NCBI RefSeq assembly: GCF_052425735.1
Contig: NC_135764.1
Location: 10,354,001 to 10,418,000, forward strand
Reading direction: 5' to 3'
From: Oculina patagonica
Lineage: Eukaryota
Length of the DNA stretch: 64,000 bases
How positions within the stretch are numbered: position 1 is the stretch's first letter; the number at the start of each line of letters is the position of its first letter. A program made the translations under genes and the position numbers. The notes under the pieces were generated by a model, which saw only the letters and a list, made by a program, of their open reading frames with translations, had not been told where the DNA came from and did no database searches. Below, one piece after another: positions 28,101-41,564 of this stretch.

Positions 28101-31100
28101 TCTTCCTGCTAGCCTACAGCGGATGCGATGAAATCAATCGGACAGACATATCGAATAGACGAATTGGCCGGTCAAACTGCACACGGATCCTTCACAAGCG
28201 TTTTGAAACAAGATGGCCGAAAGCGTGTCATTTGCCAGACCGCCAGAACCGCTGGAAATTTCGACTGTAAATCCTGGTCACTCGTGGGAAAAGTCGAAAC
28301 AAAAAATTGAAATTTACCTCAAGGCAGTTGAAACTTCTAAAAAGAGGCGTTGGCTATCACGTGATCACTTGAACACTGGGCAGATTGCTTGTATTGATCG
28401 GAATGAGATTTTAGGTAGAAACCGATCACAAGACATTGATCCCCTTATTTTCCATTAAGATGATAGACGAGCTTCTAGTGCGCATTCAACACCTCAGGAT
28501 GAGACTGATGAGGTTTAACTTTGCCACCGCTATGTTCCTGGTAAACTCCTGTGCCCAGCTGATTCACGGTCTCGATCCCCTCAAGAAGGCAAATTAAGCT
28601 CAGGAGCCTAAGTCGTAGAATGACCTACATGACGAGGTCGAGTGCTATGTTAATGCTGTGCTTGTGTCTTTACCTGCGTCTGACCAGCGATTGGGTGAAA
28701 TGCGCTCCGACCTAAAGAATGACGGCACACTCAAACTGTGCTGCAGTATGTACAGAATGGGTGGCCTTAGAGAAACGAAGGGTCAATGGGCCAATAGCTA
28801 AATACTGGAGCGAACGTGTCATAGGACCTTCAAGACCACATGTATTAAATTGTCTACGCAATAGTAAGCAGGGGGTAACCAAATTGCGTGGAATACCGCC
28901 TTCTCGGTATGGTGGCCTGGAATCTCCCAAGGAGTCATGAAGGTTGTGCGAAATTGTGGCATGTTCGAGGAATATCGCAGAGAATGCAATTAGTCGTTGT
29001 GTTTAGTTAGCCACCTACATGGGGACTGGGAGGCGCGGTGGCCTAATGGTTAGTGCGCCGGACTTCGGATCGAGCAGTCCGGGTTCGAGCACTGGCCAGG
29101 GTCACGGTGTTGTGTTCTTGGGCAAGACACTTTACTCTCATAAACAATTCGTGTTGTGGAACCCGAAGTCAAGCTGTTGCCTCTTTGGACCCTAGGCTTC
29201 GAAACGACTTCATTTTCCTTTTATTGTCAATATTGTTTAGAAAACAACTCGTACATCTGCAAAGACATCAACTCGCGAGTCTTGGCATTTTGTTTTCAAT
29301 GAACGTTTCATCCTTCAATTCAGGAGACACTTTCTTGAATGCGATCGATGAAATGGTCATCACACTTGTGTTTGCAATTTAAGCGATTGTAAAAGTAAAG
29401 GTTTTAAGGTATCACGGAAGGAAAATTGGCGTTTTCATTCCAAGTCAAAATGTGTGCAAACTATCAATCGTAACCCCAATAAAGTATATATTTTCTGAAA
29501 GCTTATTGAATAAAGATTGTAATTGTGGATTTTGTTTACATGATATAGACCATAATAAGCAACGTCAGCTTTTGTTTTCAATTATGATGTTGCGCAACTT
29601 AAGGTTTATTTAAGAACACATTTACATGAGAGCCAAAATTTTTATGTGGAATGTGATCTACATATGTTGGTCTAAAACACGGTGTCTCAGTTTTTTCTTT
29701 TCTGTCTTCATTAATTTTTTATGAACTTTTAATCCTAAAGAAGCCCTAAAAACGCCACTTTGATGTTTAAAAATTCATAAAAAAAATTATGGAGCAAGAA
29801 AAGAAAAATCTGAGACACCGTTTTTTAGACCAATATATGTAGATCAAATTCCAAATAAAAGTTTTGGCTCTGATGTAAATGTGTTCTCAAATAAACCTAA
29901 AGTTGCGCAACATCATAATTGCAGACAAAATGCTGACGTTGCTTATTATGGTCTTTATGATAAAAAAAATCGAAAAATGCAATCTTTATTCAATAGGCTT
30001 TTAGAAAATATATACTTTATTGGGGTTACCACTGATAGTTTGCACACAATTTGACCTGGAACGAAAACGCCAATTTTCCTTCCGTGATACCTTAAGACAA
30101 TTACTGTTCCGATAACTAAACTACGAGCGACGAATATTAGAGCCATTTATGAGTTTGTGTGTTCATATGCTCCCGTGCGAGGAGAAAAAGGACGAAATTT
30201 CCGGATAGGCCATGAAGCAGAGTCGGCGTAGACTTCTTTAAACATGGTGTAGATTACCTTTTAAGAGATGAAGAGATTTTCCAAGTGTCCAAGAATGCAA
30301 ACTCTGCCGGCCAAACTATTTTACAGTTCAGTACGGCATGGGATCCCGGATAGCTTATTTACCGGCAGCGGCCCTTGTTTGAGTCACGCAAGTATACCAC
30401 CTTTTTCACCGACTGACAGTATCAGCACATAACCTCATTTCCAAAATTTCCCCAGTCCAACGGAGAGGTGGAAAGGGCAGTCCAGATTATGACGATGGCC
30501 TTAAAAGGGCACGGTCACAAGCTTCACTTCAAAAATTCGAAAGCCTAAAGACGCATGGAAACCTATAAATAGTGGTCCAGTTTTATTTAAAATAAATTAC
30601 TATGCTAGTGTACTAAAGCTATTAACAAGTGACCTTATTGAGATGCCATCAGGAACTTAAATATCAACTTGAAAAAGTTAGGCTGACTTATTCAAGTTCT
30701 GCTCTTGTGACCTATAAAACAGCTTAAAACTTGCAACGGCTCCCCTCTTCCTTCAACAACAATTCACTTTATATCTTCACCTTGATGTTCTAGACGCATT
30801 TCGTGAAGAAGCGAGAGTACTTCGCCAGTTTTAGTACTTTTACTGAAAAGCAGTAAAAGCCTCTTGACAGTGTCCCTTTAAACAAGAGTACCGACGAATA
30901 CTTAGCTCTCCTAAACTACAGAGATGTTCCATGGCATCTCCACTCCTCTCCAGCACAACAAGGCATGGACCAAAAACTACGCACTAGAGTCCCTGACACG
31001 TACACTAATGAGCTGAAGCCGTACCGTGCAAAACTGAAATTCGTTTATAACCGCAGACACAGGGTTTGGATTCCCGACCTGAAAGTAGAAGGCACAGTAA

Positions 31101-34100
31101 TCAAGCAGCAGGAACCTTCAAGTTCCGTAGTTAATACAGACCTCGAATGCCAAATGAGGAGAAACCAGAAAATGACGCAAGGAGCCGGAGGGAACGGCCT
31201 CCAGTCTCACCACAGAATGTTGGGCTGTGAGAGTCTGGAACCACTGCCAACAAAAGATATGACAACAGATGTTCTCTCAGTACCCGGAGGCAGCCAAGAA
31301 GCAGTTAAAGCCGTACTGTTTCCCTAAGGACCATCCGACATTAAAAAAGCCCTCACGGTCGGAACCGTGACTAACCCGGTTTTGACTATGAGGAGCCCTA
31401 AGAAGACGGCAAAGATTTATCGAAGAATACTAAAATTTGTATTCACTAAGGATACAAAAGAGCAATTGACGCTTTAGTTGAGTTTTTTTTTAAAAAAAAA
31501 AAAAGCATGAGAGCTATAGCAACATGAATTCCTAATAGACCGCTGACCAACGGTAGTGAGGCGCCGGGGTTGAAAGCTGTATAAATTGATTCCATTATAC
31601 GTCTTATACGACTCTTGTTTTTAAACTCTGCACCTACTCCTGCACCGATTCAAAGCGGCTCTTTGATTGGCTGATTTTGGCTGATTTTATAAATTCTGTA
31701 CCGAGACGTACCGGACCAATCACACGCGAGCTTTGGTTGTGAAGTCAAAGTTGGTCGGCGAAACGAACGGTTGGTGTCATTTGGCTATGTTCGTCTGTTC
31801 GACGAGATGCATCGTTTTGTACGATATTTCAGTTGAGATTGTCAGTTTTGTAAGCTTTGGACGTTTTCTTGTTATTGTGTTGGAACTGTTTGAGTTATAT
31901 CGCGTTGTTTATGGTACACCCGGTACAGTCGGTACGGCCGGTACACTCGGTACACTCGGTACGCCCGGTACACTCGGTACACCCAGTACAGTCGGTACGG
32001 CCGGTACAGTCGGTACAGTCGGTACTATTTTTGCATGAAGTTATAATGAGTAGAAGGTTTATCCTGGGCGTTGTTGTTCGAACATATCATGGAAGAATTC
32101 AAATGTCATTCAGTTCAAGCATTTTTTTTTTATTTTCGCGGAGGAACCGCTGAATTTGTCAGTCGCGACGGCTGGGCGCTTTGCGACTCATATATTTTAA
32201 CTTGGTTAAAAATGGTAAACTTTGACGCTTGCCTTTAATCGAAATAGTTGTTTCCTTTCGAGTTAGAAAGATTTCTACTCGGCTTAATGCAAGGTTCGCG
32301 ATAAAGGTTACGCACGACAGAGTTACCTTTTGTCTCGTCACGCAATCTTAAACCCACATTGAGAAGTAAATTTTCGTTTGGATATTACCAAAAGCCGCTT
32401 CTCCTCGCGTTATTCTTTACCTTACGGCTACACATGCCATTTCTAACGACTACATTTCCAGTAAAACAGTTGCTGTTTTTTTTTCTAATGGCGATGCATT
32501 AACTTCTGAACAGAAGCAAAAACTTTTAGTGTTTACTGCTTCCACCAGAAGTAATTTCACAACAGGCTACAAAAAAAACTTGTAAATATCACTTCACACC
32601 TGCATTGAATGTTGCAATTCTAAATTGTGCAACTCAGCAGAAATAATCAATTGCCACGAAATGAGTTCCCTTTGGTTAACTATTAGCAACGTTTTAGTGT
32701 GTGAAAGACTTGTACCAGTACAAATTTGCGTTGTTTATCGTTTTAGGTTAAATTAATATTAGCGCCTAAAGACTTGTACCAGTACAAATTGCGTTCTTAA
32801 TCGTTTTAAACTTCGCTGCCTTCGAGCGCTGAACCCCTCACATTCTTAATTGGTTATGTCACGTAAGATTTGGGCTACTTGCGTTTTTAATTGTTATATA
32901 ACGTTTGTAAATTTGACAAGTCACGTTTTTCCTACAAGAACGGAAGTGCTGAAGCACAACTATAGAGTGACACTTTACAAGTCACGCGCTTTGATCACCC
33001 ACAGCGGAAAATATTCCCTTGAGAAATTAAAACAGTCCCTTGAGAGTTAACAAGAATGTGGTTCGAGATTACCCAACTTAACCGCTATTCTCCTTCCTTT
33101 TGCTTGTAAACAAGCAAAAAAACTCGAAAAAATCATCCGTGTCCAACTTACTGTATACATTACGTTTGTACATAACATCTGAACACGGAAGATGGACGTA
33201 AATATTTTTTTCAAGTTTGTCGTAGATATTTATGTACGCCTAACTGCAATGACGTTGCCATATTAACCCTATATATTCAGACCGGGCTTTTTTTGACCTT
33301 CTCAGACCGGAGGGGGGGGGGGGTTCGGAAGCCCCCCCTATGTAACTTCCAGAATATTTAAGCAATCACCATGAAACTTATAGGATGTATTGTAGGTCCG
33401 AAACTCTTTTTTTTGGTATACGTCAGGTGGGATGGTGACGTCACATCACGTGACAGTTACATCATGATGTCAAAACAGCCGCCATCTTGGATCCGCCATC
33501 TTGGATTTTAAAATTTTTCCAAAATGCCAGAAAACCACCCAAAATTACTGCAAAGTACTCAAAATAAATAAAAATGTGCTTTAAACCCGTAAAAATGTAA
33601 AAATAATTCCATTTAAGTTGATTTTTATTAACAGAAACACGCAAAATTACAAATTTGGGAAAACATGCCTGTCAAAATGCCGTTGCCATGGTGATGTCAA
33701 GTTTCTGACACATCACCCAACCCTACCAAATTGTTACCAGATAAATTTTAGGAAAACGCAGAAAGTTTGGCAGCGTTTGGTTAAATCTTAAAAAAGTTAT
33801 AAAAGTTCAAAGTTAGCGGGGGCCTCAAAAGCCCCCCACCCCCCCGGTCTGAATAGGGAGGGTTAAAAGAGAAATTAAACAAAGATTAATATGGATTCAT
33901 TATCTTAATCATCATAACTGGTAGCATTAACAGCAAACCCACGAGTTAATATCCTGTACACCAGCTCCTGTGTACACCGAGATAATCTAATCGGCGCGTG
34001 TCGCGTGTCGCGGGTAAAATGTCGCGGGTCGCGGGTAAAATGTCGCGGGTACACAAAATTGTCGCGGGTAAAATGTCGCGGGTACAAAAAATTGTCGCGG

Positions 34101-36056
34101 GTACACATAATTGTCGCGGGTCCAAAAAAAAGTTATATTTTTTGTTTTATAGTTTTTCTTAAGTTCAATACCTCATTACAGATGATAGAATAACAATAAC
34201 AAGTGCTTGAAAGTAGGTGGACGAAAAATTGAACTTTACTAGCTTTTGAACAGCAAATACTACACCAACGTTCAAGATAATAAAATAATAATACAATAGC
34301 AATAACTTGTTGACATTGTGTATGTATCATAATTTGATTTCCCATCGCCACTTTTATAACTCTTTTTTTACGAAAGACTTGCACACATTTCTGTCAAACT
34401 TTAGCTAAGTTACGTTTGACCGCTGTGAATCGCCTTTAACATTAGTCACTCCTCCACTTTGCGACAGATTGTTCATTCATGTTTACAGCTCTATACTTCG
34501 TGGTACAAGCTCTATATTTCGTGGTATCGTTCAGACTTTTTTACTTTGATCACCGTACTCAAGAATCTCTCAGTGGAATTATTTCGAAAGGGCGAAGCCG
34601 GCGACAATCTTTCTTCGACCACGCAGAGTTGGCACTGTCTGGAATCTTTTCCATAACCTTGCTGTATACAACACCTGTCTACTACTTCTACTTGGTCTAA
34701 AGCTGGTTCTACTTGTATTTTGTTTATTACAAATAAAACGAAAATTCAACCATTGGAATCTCGTTTACGCGATGTAAGCTTACCTTTGACACAGCTGTGC
34801 GCAGCGGGTCGAAAAAACAAAGCTGCAAAGGTGCACATCGCTTCGTTTAAAATTACACAGAGACATACACATACATGCTACCGACAACCTCTACTAGACA
34901 AAAAAGTATGGAATAAATACCCTGTGTTACTTTTTAAAGGCATAAGTATTGGTATAGCACCGAGAAAAAATCGCTTCAATCGAATCAACTAAATTCGCTG
35001 GTGAGTTCGAGAAAACAGTTGTGATGATACCGGTTCCCACTAGCGACGTACCGGTAAAGCGGAATCGGAAGCGTTTAAAAAACCATAAAATTTTAATAGT
35101 CGAAGTCAAAACGACGAACGCGATGGAAGATGAATCGGAATAGAAATGATAAGGAGACCTGCACCCTTGAATGTGTAAGCCTTTAGAATTAGCCACCTGA
35201 ATGTATTTCTTATGGGCTACTTGTGTCCTTGGCACAGGCGATTTCCATAGCAGCGAAAATATCCGCACAATTGTAATTTATGAACTTTTATTTGAGAATA
35301 CATTTTTCTTCCCAAATCTCTCTTGGAAATTTAAAATAGTGATGTATCATAAAATTCAGAAAGCTCATTGGACAAATTTAAAACCGTCTGTTAGTATCAG
35401 AGCGGACAGCTCGATAAATGACGCGAAAATAGCAACTCTGAAAGCGGATGGTTTGCCTTTGTAATTACTGTGAAGTGGTAAAAATAAATAGGGATCAATG
35501 TCCTTGAACTTCGTAGGTTTTTGTTTGTTTAATTGAACGGCTGTGTTGGAATTATGTTAGTTAGTTGTTTGTCTAATTTTGTTCTTTCTTTATGCAAGCA
35601 GAAGTATTTATTCCATTTCAGGAAGCAAATACATTTTAAAATCTATTACAAGTTATACACTATTGGCTAAGTTTTGAGATATTGTTTTTGGTGCTATAGT
35701 TAACGTCAATTTATCATTTATAACGTTCAACTATTTTTGGAAAAATATAAAAGAAAATAACGTTAGAGTAGTATACTGTTCGAAAATTGCCCATGGAAAA
35801 CTAGAAAACTAAAGTAAAGTTTAATTTACATTGAAGTACTTGTTATTGTCATTCTATTATCTTTAATGAGGTTTAGTAAAAACTCAGCTGTGTTCTATTG
35901 GAAATCCGCGAATCTGATTGGTTCTCCCCCTGTTTTCTATTCGCCGATAGAAAACAGCCGCGCGCGCGAGTAGCTCTTTAAGCGGTAAATTTTCCTGATT
36001 TTTGTCTTCAAAGTGCACAATATTGAAGGTTTTGGACTGCAATCCTTTAAAGTTTC

Positions 36057-36088
<32 letters not shown>

Positions 36089-36093
36089 CCTAT

Positions 36094-36129
<36 letters not shown>

Positions 36130-39100
36130 TTGCTCATAGAAAACTCGGGATCGTAGTCTAATTGTTAAATAGAACTTAAGAAAAACTATAAAACAAAAAA
36201 TAAAACTTTTTTCGGACCCGCGACAATTTTGTGTACCCGCGACAATTTTTTGTACCCGCGACAATTTACCCGCGACAATTTTGTGTACCCGCGACGTTTT
36301 ACCCGCGACACGCGACATTTTACCCGCGACACGCGACACGCGCCGATTAGATTACGACATTTTACCCGCGACACGCGACACGCGCCAATTAGATTATCTC
36401 GTGTACACCTATTATAAATCGTGTAATAAAATAAATTGATTTATGTGTATTTTCAGACGTTTTGAAGCCATTTCTTCGAGTGAATTTTAAACATACGCCT
36501 AATTAATTTATATTTTCCTTTTCTTTTTCATCTTTTTTCCTATGACAACGTTATTGCAATTTGGTGTAACTGCCAGAAATTACAAAAATAAATTTAGTAC
36601 TACTTACAGTGAACTACAAGCGTCACGTGATGTTCATCATGTCCTGCTGAGTTGTTGGCTTTACATGTATACTGTCCATCATCTGCTCTGCTTATGCCAT
36701 TGAACATCAGAAACGTCGTGTTCGTACCTGAATTTTTCACAATTCCATTTCTGATCCATCGCACATCAGGGACTGGTGTCCCTGACGCAGTACAGCTGAT
36801 ATTGACTAAGGATCCCTCATTGTAACTTGCTTGCACTGATGATATGTTAAGCTGTGGTTTCACTGCAATAATCATCGTGTTCGTGAAAAGCTGATTACAG
36901 TTATTTCTTCATTCATTCATTCATTCATATTTAAGTGAGAACGAGAGGATTAAGTACCTACTTAGAGCTGAAAATAAACATACATCAAAAATAGTAGGTA
37001 AATATATACATTCAATGTTTCAAAAAAGGAAAGAGCTTCTTAACTTACAAGCACAATGAACATTATAATTTATTTAATTTTTACATATATTGACATTATG
37101 AATTGTTATATTTTGTCGGCATTTTTTGTTGTTTTTGCCCCCTCGCTAGTAGCTTTTACTCAACTCAAAAAACCGGCGAGCCGAGAAAAATTTTCATAAT
37201 GCCCGGTCATTACAAGAAAATAATGCCCGCTCAGCAGCCAATCAGAGCGCGCGTACTATTGTAGCCATATAATAATAATATTTAATAGCACAAACAAAGC
37301 ATGATAATAATTGAATCGATCTACAGTCAACTCGCTCTGAAACGGACTAGCTAGGAAAGATCATCTCATAGACTGCTCTTATAGACCATAGACTGCATAG
37401 AGGTGCCTCATACCGTTGCCCAGTACAGAAACATGTCCATTTTAGAAAGATGCCCCTTCGAAGAGCTTTCCTTAAGAGTTTTTTGACCTTGAAAAGAGGC
37501 CTGTCCTGGAGTAGAAATTATGAGAATTTTTCCCAATGAAAGCAAACCACTAGTCTAGAAATGTTATTTGGGACCTAGTAGACATGAAAAGTTTTGGTGG
37601 CAACTTTGCAACTTGCTCAGACGGGAATTATGGGCGTTCGAAATTCTGACACCTGAAGACCAGCATGGAAACGAGGCTGGAATATAAAATCCTTTATAAC
37701 TCGCATGAAACTAGACCGTTACTCACCAAACTTGCCTACAATATGTCATTCTCTTCTCTTAATCGGGTTTTTGCTGGATTTTTATTTAATTAGTGGTCAC
37801 GTGACCTTGTAGCATGGAAACGAGGCTGAAATAGAAAATTCCTTGTAACTCACGTGAATGTACACCGTTACTCACCAAACTTGCCTACAATATGTTATTC
37901 TCTGCTCTCCTGCTTTCATTCGTGATCAATCACAACTTATACGTCATAATCAATTAAATGAACGAACGAACAAACGAACCAATGCATGCATGCATGCATT
38001 GAATGAANNNNNNNNNNNNNNNNNNNNNNNNNNNNNNNNNNNNNNNNNNNNNNNNNNNNNNNNNNNNNNNNNNNNNNNNNNNNNNNNNNNNNNNNNNNNN
38101 NNNNNNNNNNNNNNNNNNNNNNNNNNNNNNNNNNNNNNNNNNNNNNNNNNNNNNNNNNNNNNNNNNNNTCTTTATTGCGCCTTACTCTCCAAAGGGAGGT
38201 ATTGGTCCGTTTACAACAAAGGTTTTAACATTTACTAATACATTTAAGAAATAACAAAAATTTGATTCTTATACTATCTTTTCAATAACTGAAAGAAAAA
38301 TATAAGCATACCGATACTTCTTTAGTATGAGCGACGAAGAGAGCCACAGAGAGCGAGAGCGAGAGCGAGTTTTACCTCCAGTGTTTTTCCCTTGATTTTT
38401 TTGAATAGTGCTTAAAGGCCATATAATAAATAACTTATTAACCTCGTCCGTTCGGTCATTACAGGGGAATCTCAGACCTCAACCTTGATGTATTGACCTC
38501 GCTGTCGCTCGGTCAATACATCAAGACCTCGGTCTGAGATTCCCCTGTAATGACCTCACTCTCGGTTAATAAGTAGTATATCTTTATTTACCATTTAATA
38601 TTAATGTTGAGGTTAAAATCACTTTACGTCACTCGAATTAACTCAATGTTAAAGACCGGGCGCTATTTGGAAGCAACAAAAGAAAATGTTTTCTTGCATC
38701 ACTCAAAGTGATTGTCACTGACATGAAATATTTTCATCACCGACAATCGCCTACAGACCTTCAACTTCGCAGGCAAGCCGGCGGTTGATGCCTAGGACAG
38801 ATTACGATGGCATGCGACGATAAATGTTCACTTAGGGACGGACCATTATTTTCTTGGAGGGGGGGGGGGGGTGAAAAATTTTCCTCTGCAAACTTTTTAT
38901 TTTATTTTATGCACCTCTGCAAACAATTTTTTTCGAAATTCTTACTATTTTTTGTTATACATATCGTGTTTGCAAACAATTTATTTTGTCTTTCCAGGCC
39001 CTGCAAACAATATTTTTCATCCCCCCCCCCCCTCCAAAAAAATAATGGTCCGTCCCTTATGCTGTAACGATACTTTGTTCCAGGCTTGTCGGCGGCATAT

Positions 39101-41530
39101 GAGAACCAGGATTAAGGGCCTGTTTACATGAAAGTAGGGTAACCTCCTAAAAGGGTTACCCTTTTCGGGTTGGTACAAAACGAAGGGATGGTACAAAACG
39201 AAAACCCAAGACCCAAAACCCAAAAACGAAGACCCCCGCCAAAATTGTTTGAAAACAGGTTCGAACATGATTCTTGACCGAAGCAGAAACAAGAAGCAAC
39301 AAGATCTGCGGTTATCATCGAATTTTACCAGGGTCTTCGTTTTGTACATAACCACACCAAAAGTACAAATCGAAGACCCCGTCAGATTCGTCTGGAAATC
39401 ACTTGAAAAAGGCTCGAACATGATTCTCGACCAAAGAAAAAACGAGGAGTAACACGATTTGCAGTTGTCATCGAAATTTTATCAAGGTCTCTCTGTAAAT
39501 AAGTTTTGTCGGAAGTGCAAATGATTTTTTTTTGTTTTTATGTTAACGCATGCTTAATTTAGATTTTACCTGATCTGCAGCTTGTTTGCGCATGCAAGAG
39601 ATGCAATGATACCAAATCGAAGGTGACCAGTGCTGGTGCCAGGCCCCTTCCGTTTAAAATCGTTTTTTTGTCTGCCTTGATATGAATTAAAGACGACCAA
39701 AACAAGACGACTTGTCCGTCTTGTTTTCACACGAGACGAACAAATTGTCCGACGACTTGTCCGTCTAGACGGTTTGTCCGTCTTCCCTTCTTTCTAAGTG
39801 TTGACAGCTTTAATTTTTATTGCAAACACTCGCCATCAAACAGCAAGTGTTCATCACGCGTTCGTATTTCCTTGGAGTGATCACGAATTCATCACCCAAA
39901 GCGGAAAACTATTCCCTTGGGAAACATCTTGTTTTACAGGAACTGACGGATCGAGTGATGGAGTGAAATTGAGGCCCCAATAACGATACTTCAACTTGCC
40001 GCCCGGAACTACAAGTTAGTATTATCTCAGCTTAAAAAATTCCTGTTATAGCGTAAAATTTATAAATATGGGACAATGAAGTTTTTGGAGAAAAAAACTT
40101 GCAAATATTTCAGAATGCCGGAGTGTTACTTAGACAACTTGAAGTGTTTGCATGAAGTTATACATACCTGTCACGATAAGCCGGACGTCGCTTATTTGAT
40201 GTACATTTAAAGCAAAGGGAGTTGCTAATAGTGTGCACCGAAAAATAGTGTTGTCTTGATGAGTTATGTTTTCAATAACAAGAGAAGCGTTTCCTTCAAT
40301 CCCAATTCTTTCCTTATACGCAGCAGGTAATCCTGGATTTTTCTTTACAGTACCGTTATTCAGTAGCATCACTATCCCAGTGAAAGCTCCGCTTGATTCT
40401 TGCCTACTATAGAGAACAGCGTTTAGTTCTATTTCTTTGTAATCCACACTGTAGTCCCACACCAGTTTGGCATTGTTTCCAATTCTAGCATAGCTTGGAT
40501 TAGGAGGTTCCAAGGTGAACCTTAAAACGCCTTCTAGATGGGTAAGATTGAAAACTTATTTAGTAAATTAATAAACCCCTTCAGGCGGCTTCTATCTTGG
40601 AGGATAATGCCTGAGGCTAAAAGATTTTCCGAAAAAAGAACAGTTGGCCGAGAACGCGCGTTATCGCCGATTAATAGGAAAAAAGCTACAGTGATAACCA
40701 CGGCGTAACTGCGGTTGAAATAAATGCAAGTTGATTGGTTTAGGTAATTTTTCAACACTGTACTCTGATTAAAAAGTTAGACCTGAAAAGGTAAATTTTT
40801 TGTTTGTTTTGCACTGCTTTATTTAATGGGGCGACGGCTATCAAATTGGACGGGGTATATATTTAACAATTATTCCACGAGCGCGCGATGGATATGAGAT
40901 GGTAAATAGTCAACGAGGCGCGTAGCGCCGAGTTGGCTATAGGGGGTTTTCACTGTCACGCCACTGTCACGCCGCGAAAAAAAAATCCAAAACTATTGAG
41001 TCAAAATACTACAGATTGTAGAAAACTACTATATAAACAACTTGTCCAAGTCTCAGGTCTGTACGATATTCCGTACTCGAGTTATCCTTCAAAATGTTTC
41101 ACACAAATTTAGAGAGCAGTATGGAATCGCCATGTTGGAGCCCAACTGCTTGGGCTCCAACATGGCGGCCGGAAATCAATGAAAACATCTGGCATTAAAT
41201 TCTGCCACAAAAAGCGGTCAAATCACCCTCATGAACAAGTAAACATTCACATAAACAATTCTCGCAAAACCTCAACTGTCCAGATTGTTAAAAAGCGCAG
41301 GATGAGGCAAAACGTGACAGCCTTCAAACGGCCAACTTTGATCTCGTGTGGCGTGAAACTCCAAAATTCAAAATGCTCTATCTTAAAGACGGCGAATGCT
41401 ATTGAGCTAAAACCCTTCAAAAGGATCTATATTAAGGACGTCTTATAGCCAGTGAAGGATAAAAATTCAGGGGTCTTGCGATCCTGGGTTTTAGAATTTT
41501 GATGACGTCACGTGAAAACCAAGAATAACG

Positions 41531-41564
<34 letters not shown>

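Larger units (their letters stand above)
28021..31583 (+). mobile_element. Decayed Gypsy-like LTR retrotransposon fragments interrupted by later insertions
   Basis: Broken pol motifs YVPGKLL..AD..SR (~28531), QGVTK...SVWWPGI (~28870), HGIPD (~30337), FPQSNGEVERAVQ (~30447). A short direct repeat GTAGTGAGG.GCC.GGGTTG.AAGCTGTAT occurs at ~28040 and ~31553. Confidence 0.7.

Noticed and set aside
29028-29100. Possible tRNA genes here and at ~63880-63950
   Set aside because: Poor stems, no terminator, and both continue into a shared SINE body, unlike the TIR tRNA-like gene.
31733-32153. GT(V/L/P)-repeat ORF resembling a collagen-like or antifreeze protein
   Set aside because: Translation of a 9-bp minisatellite in an intron, with no supporting gene structure.
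37858-38254. ORFs spanning the N run
   Set aside because: Artefact of the assembly gap.
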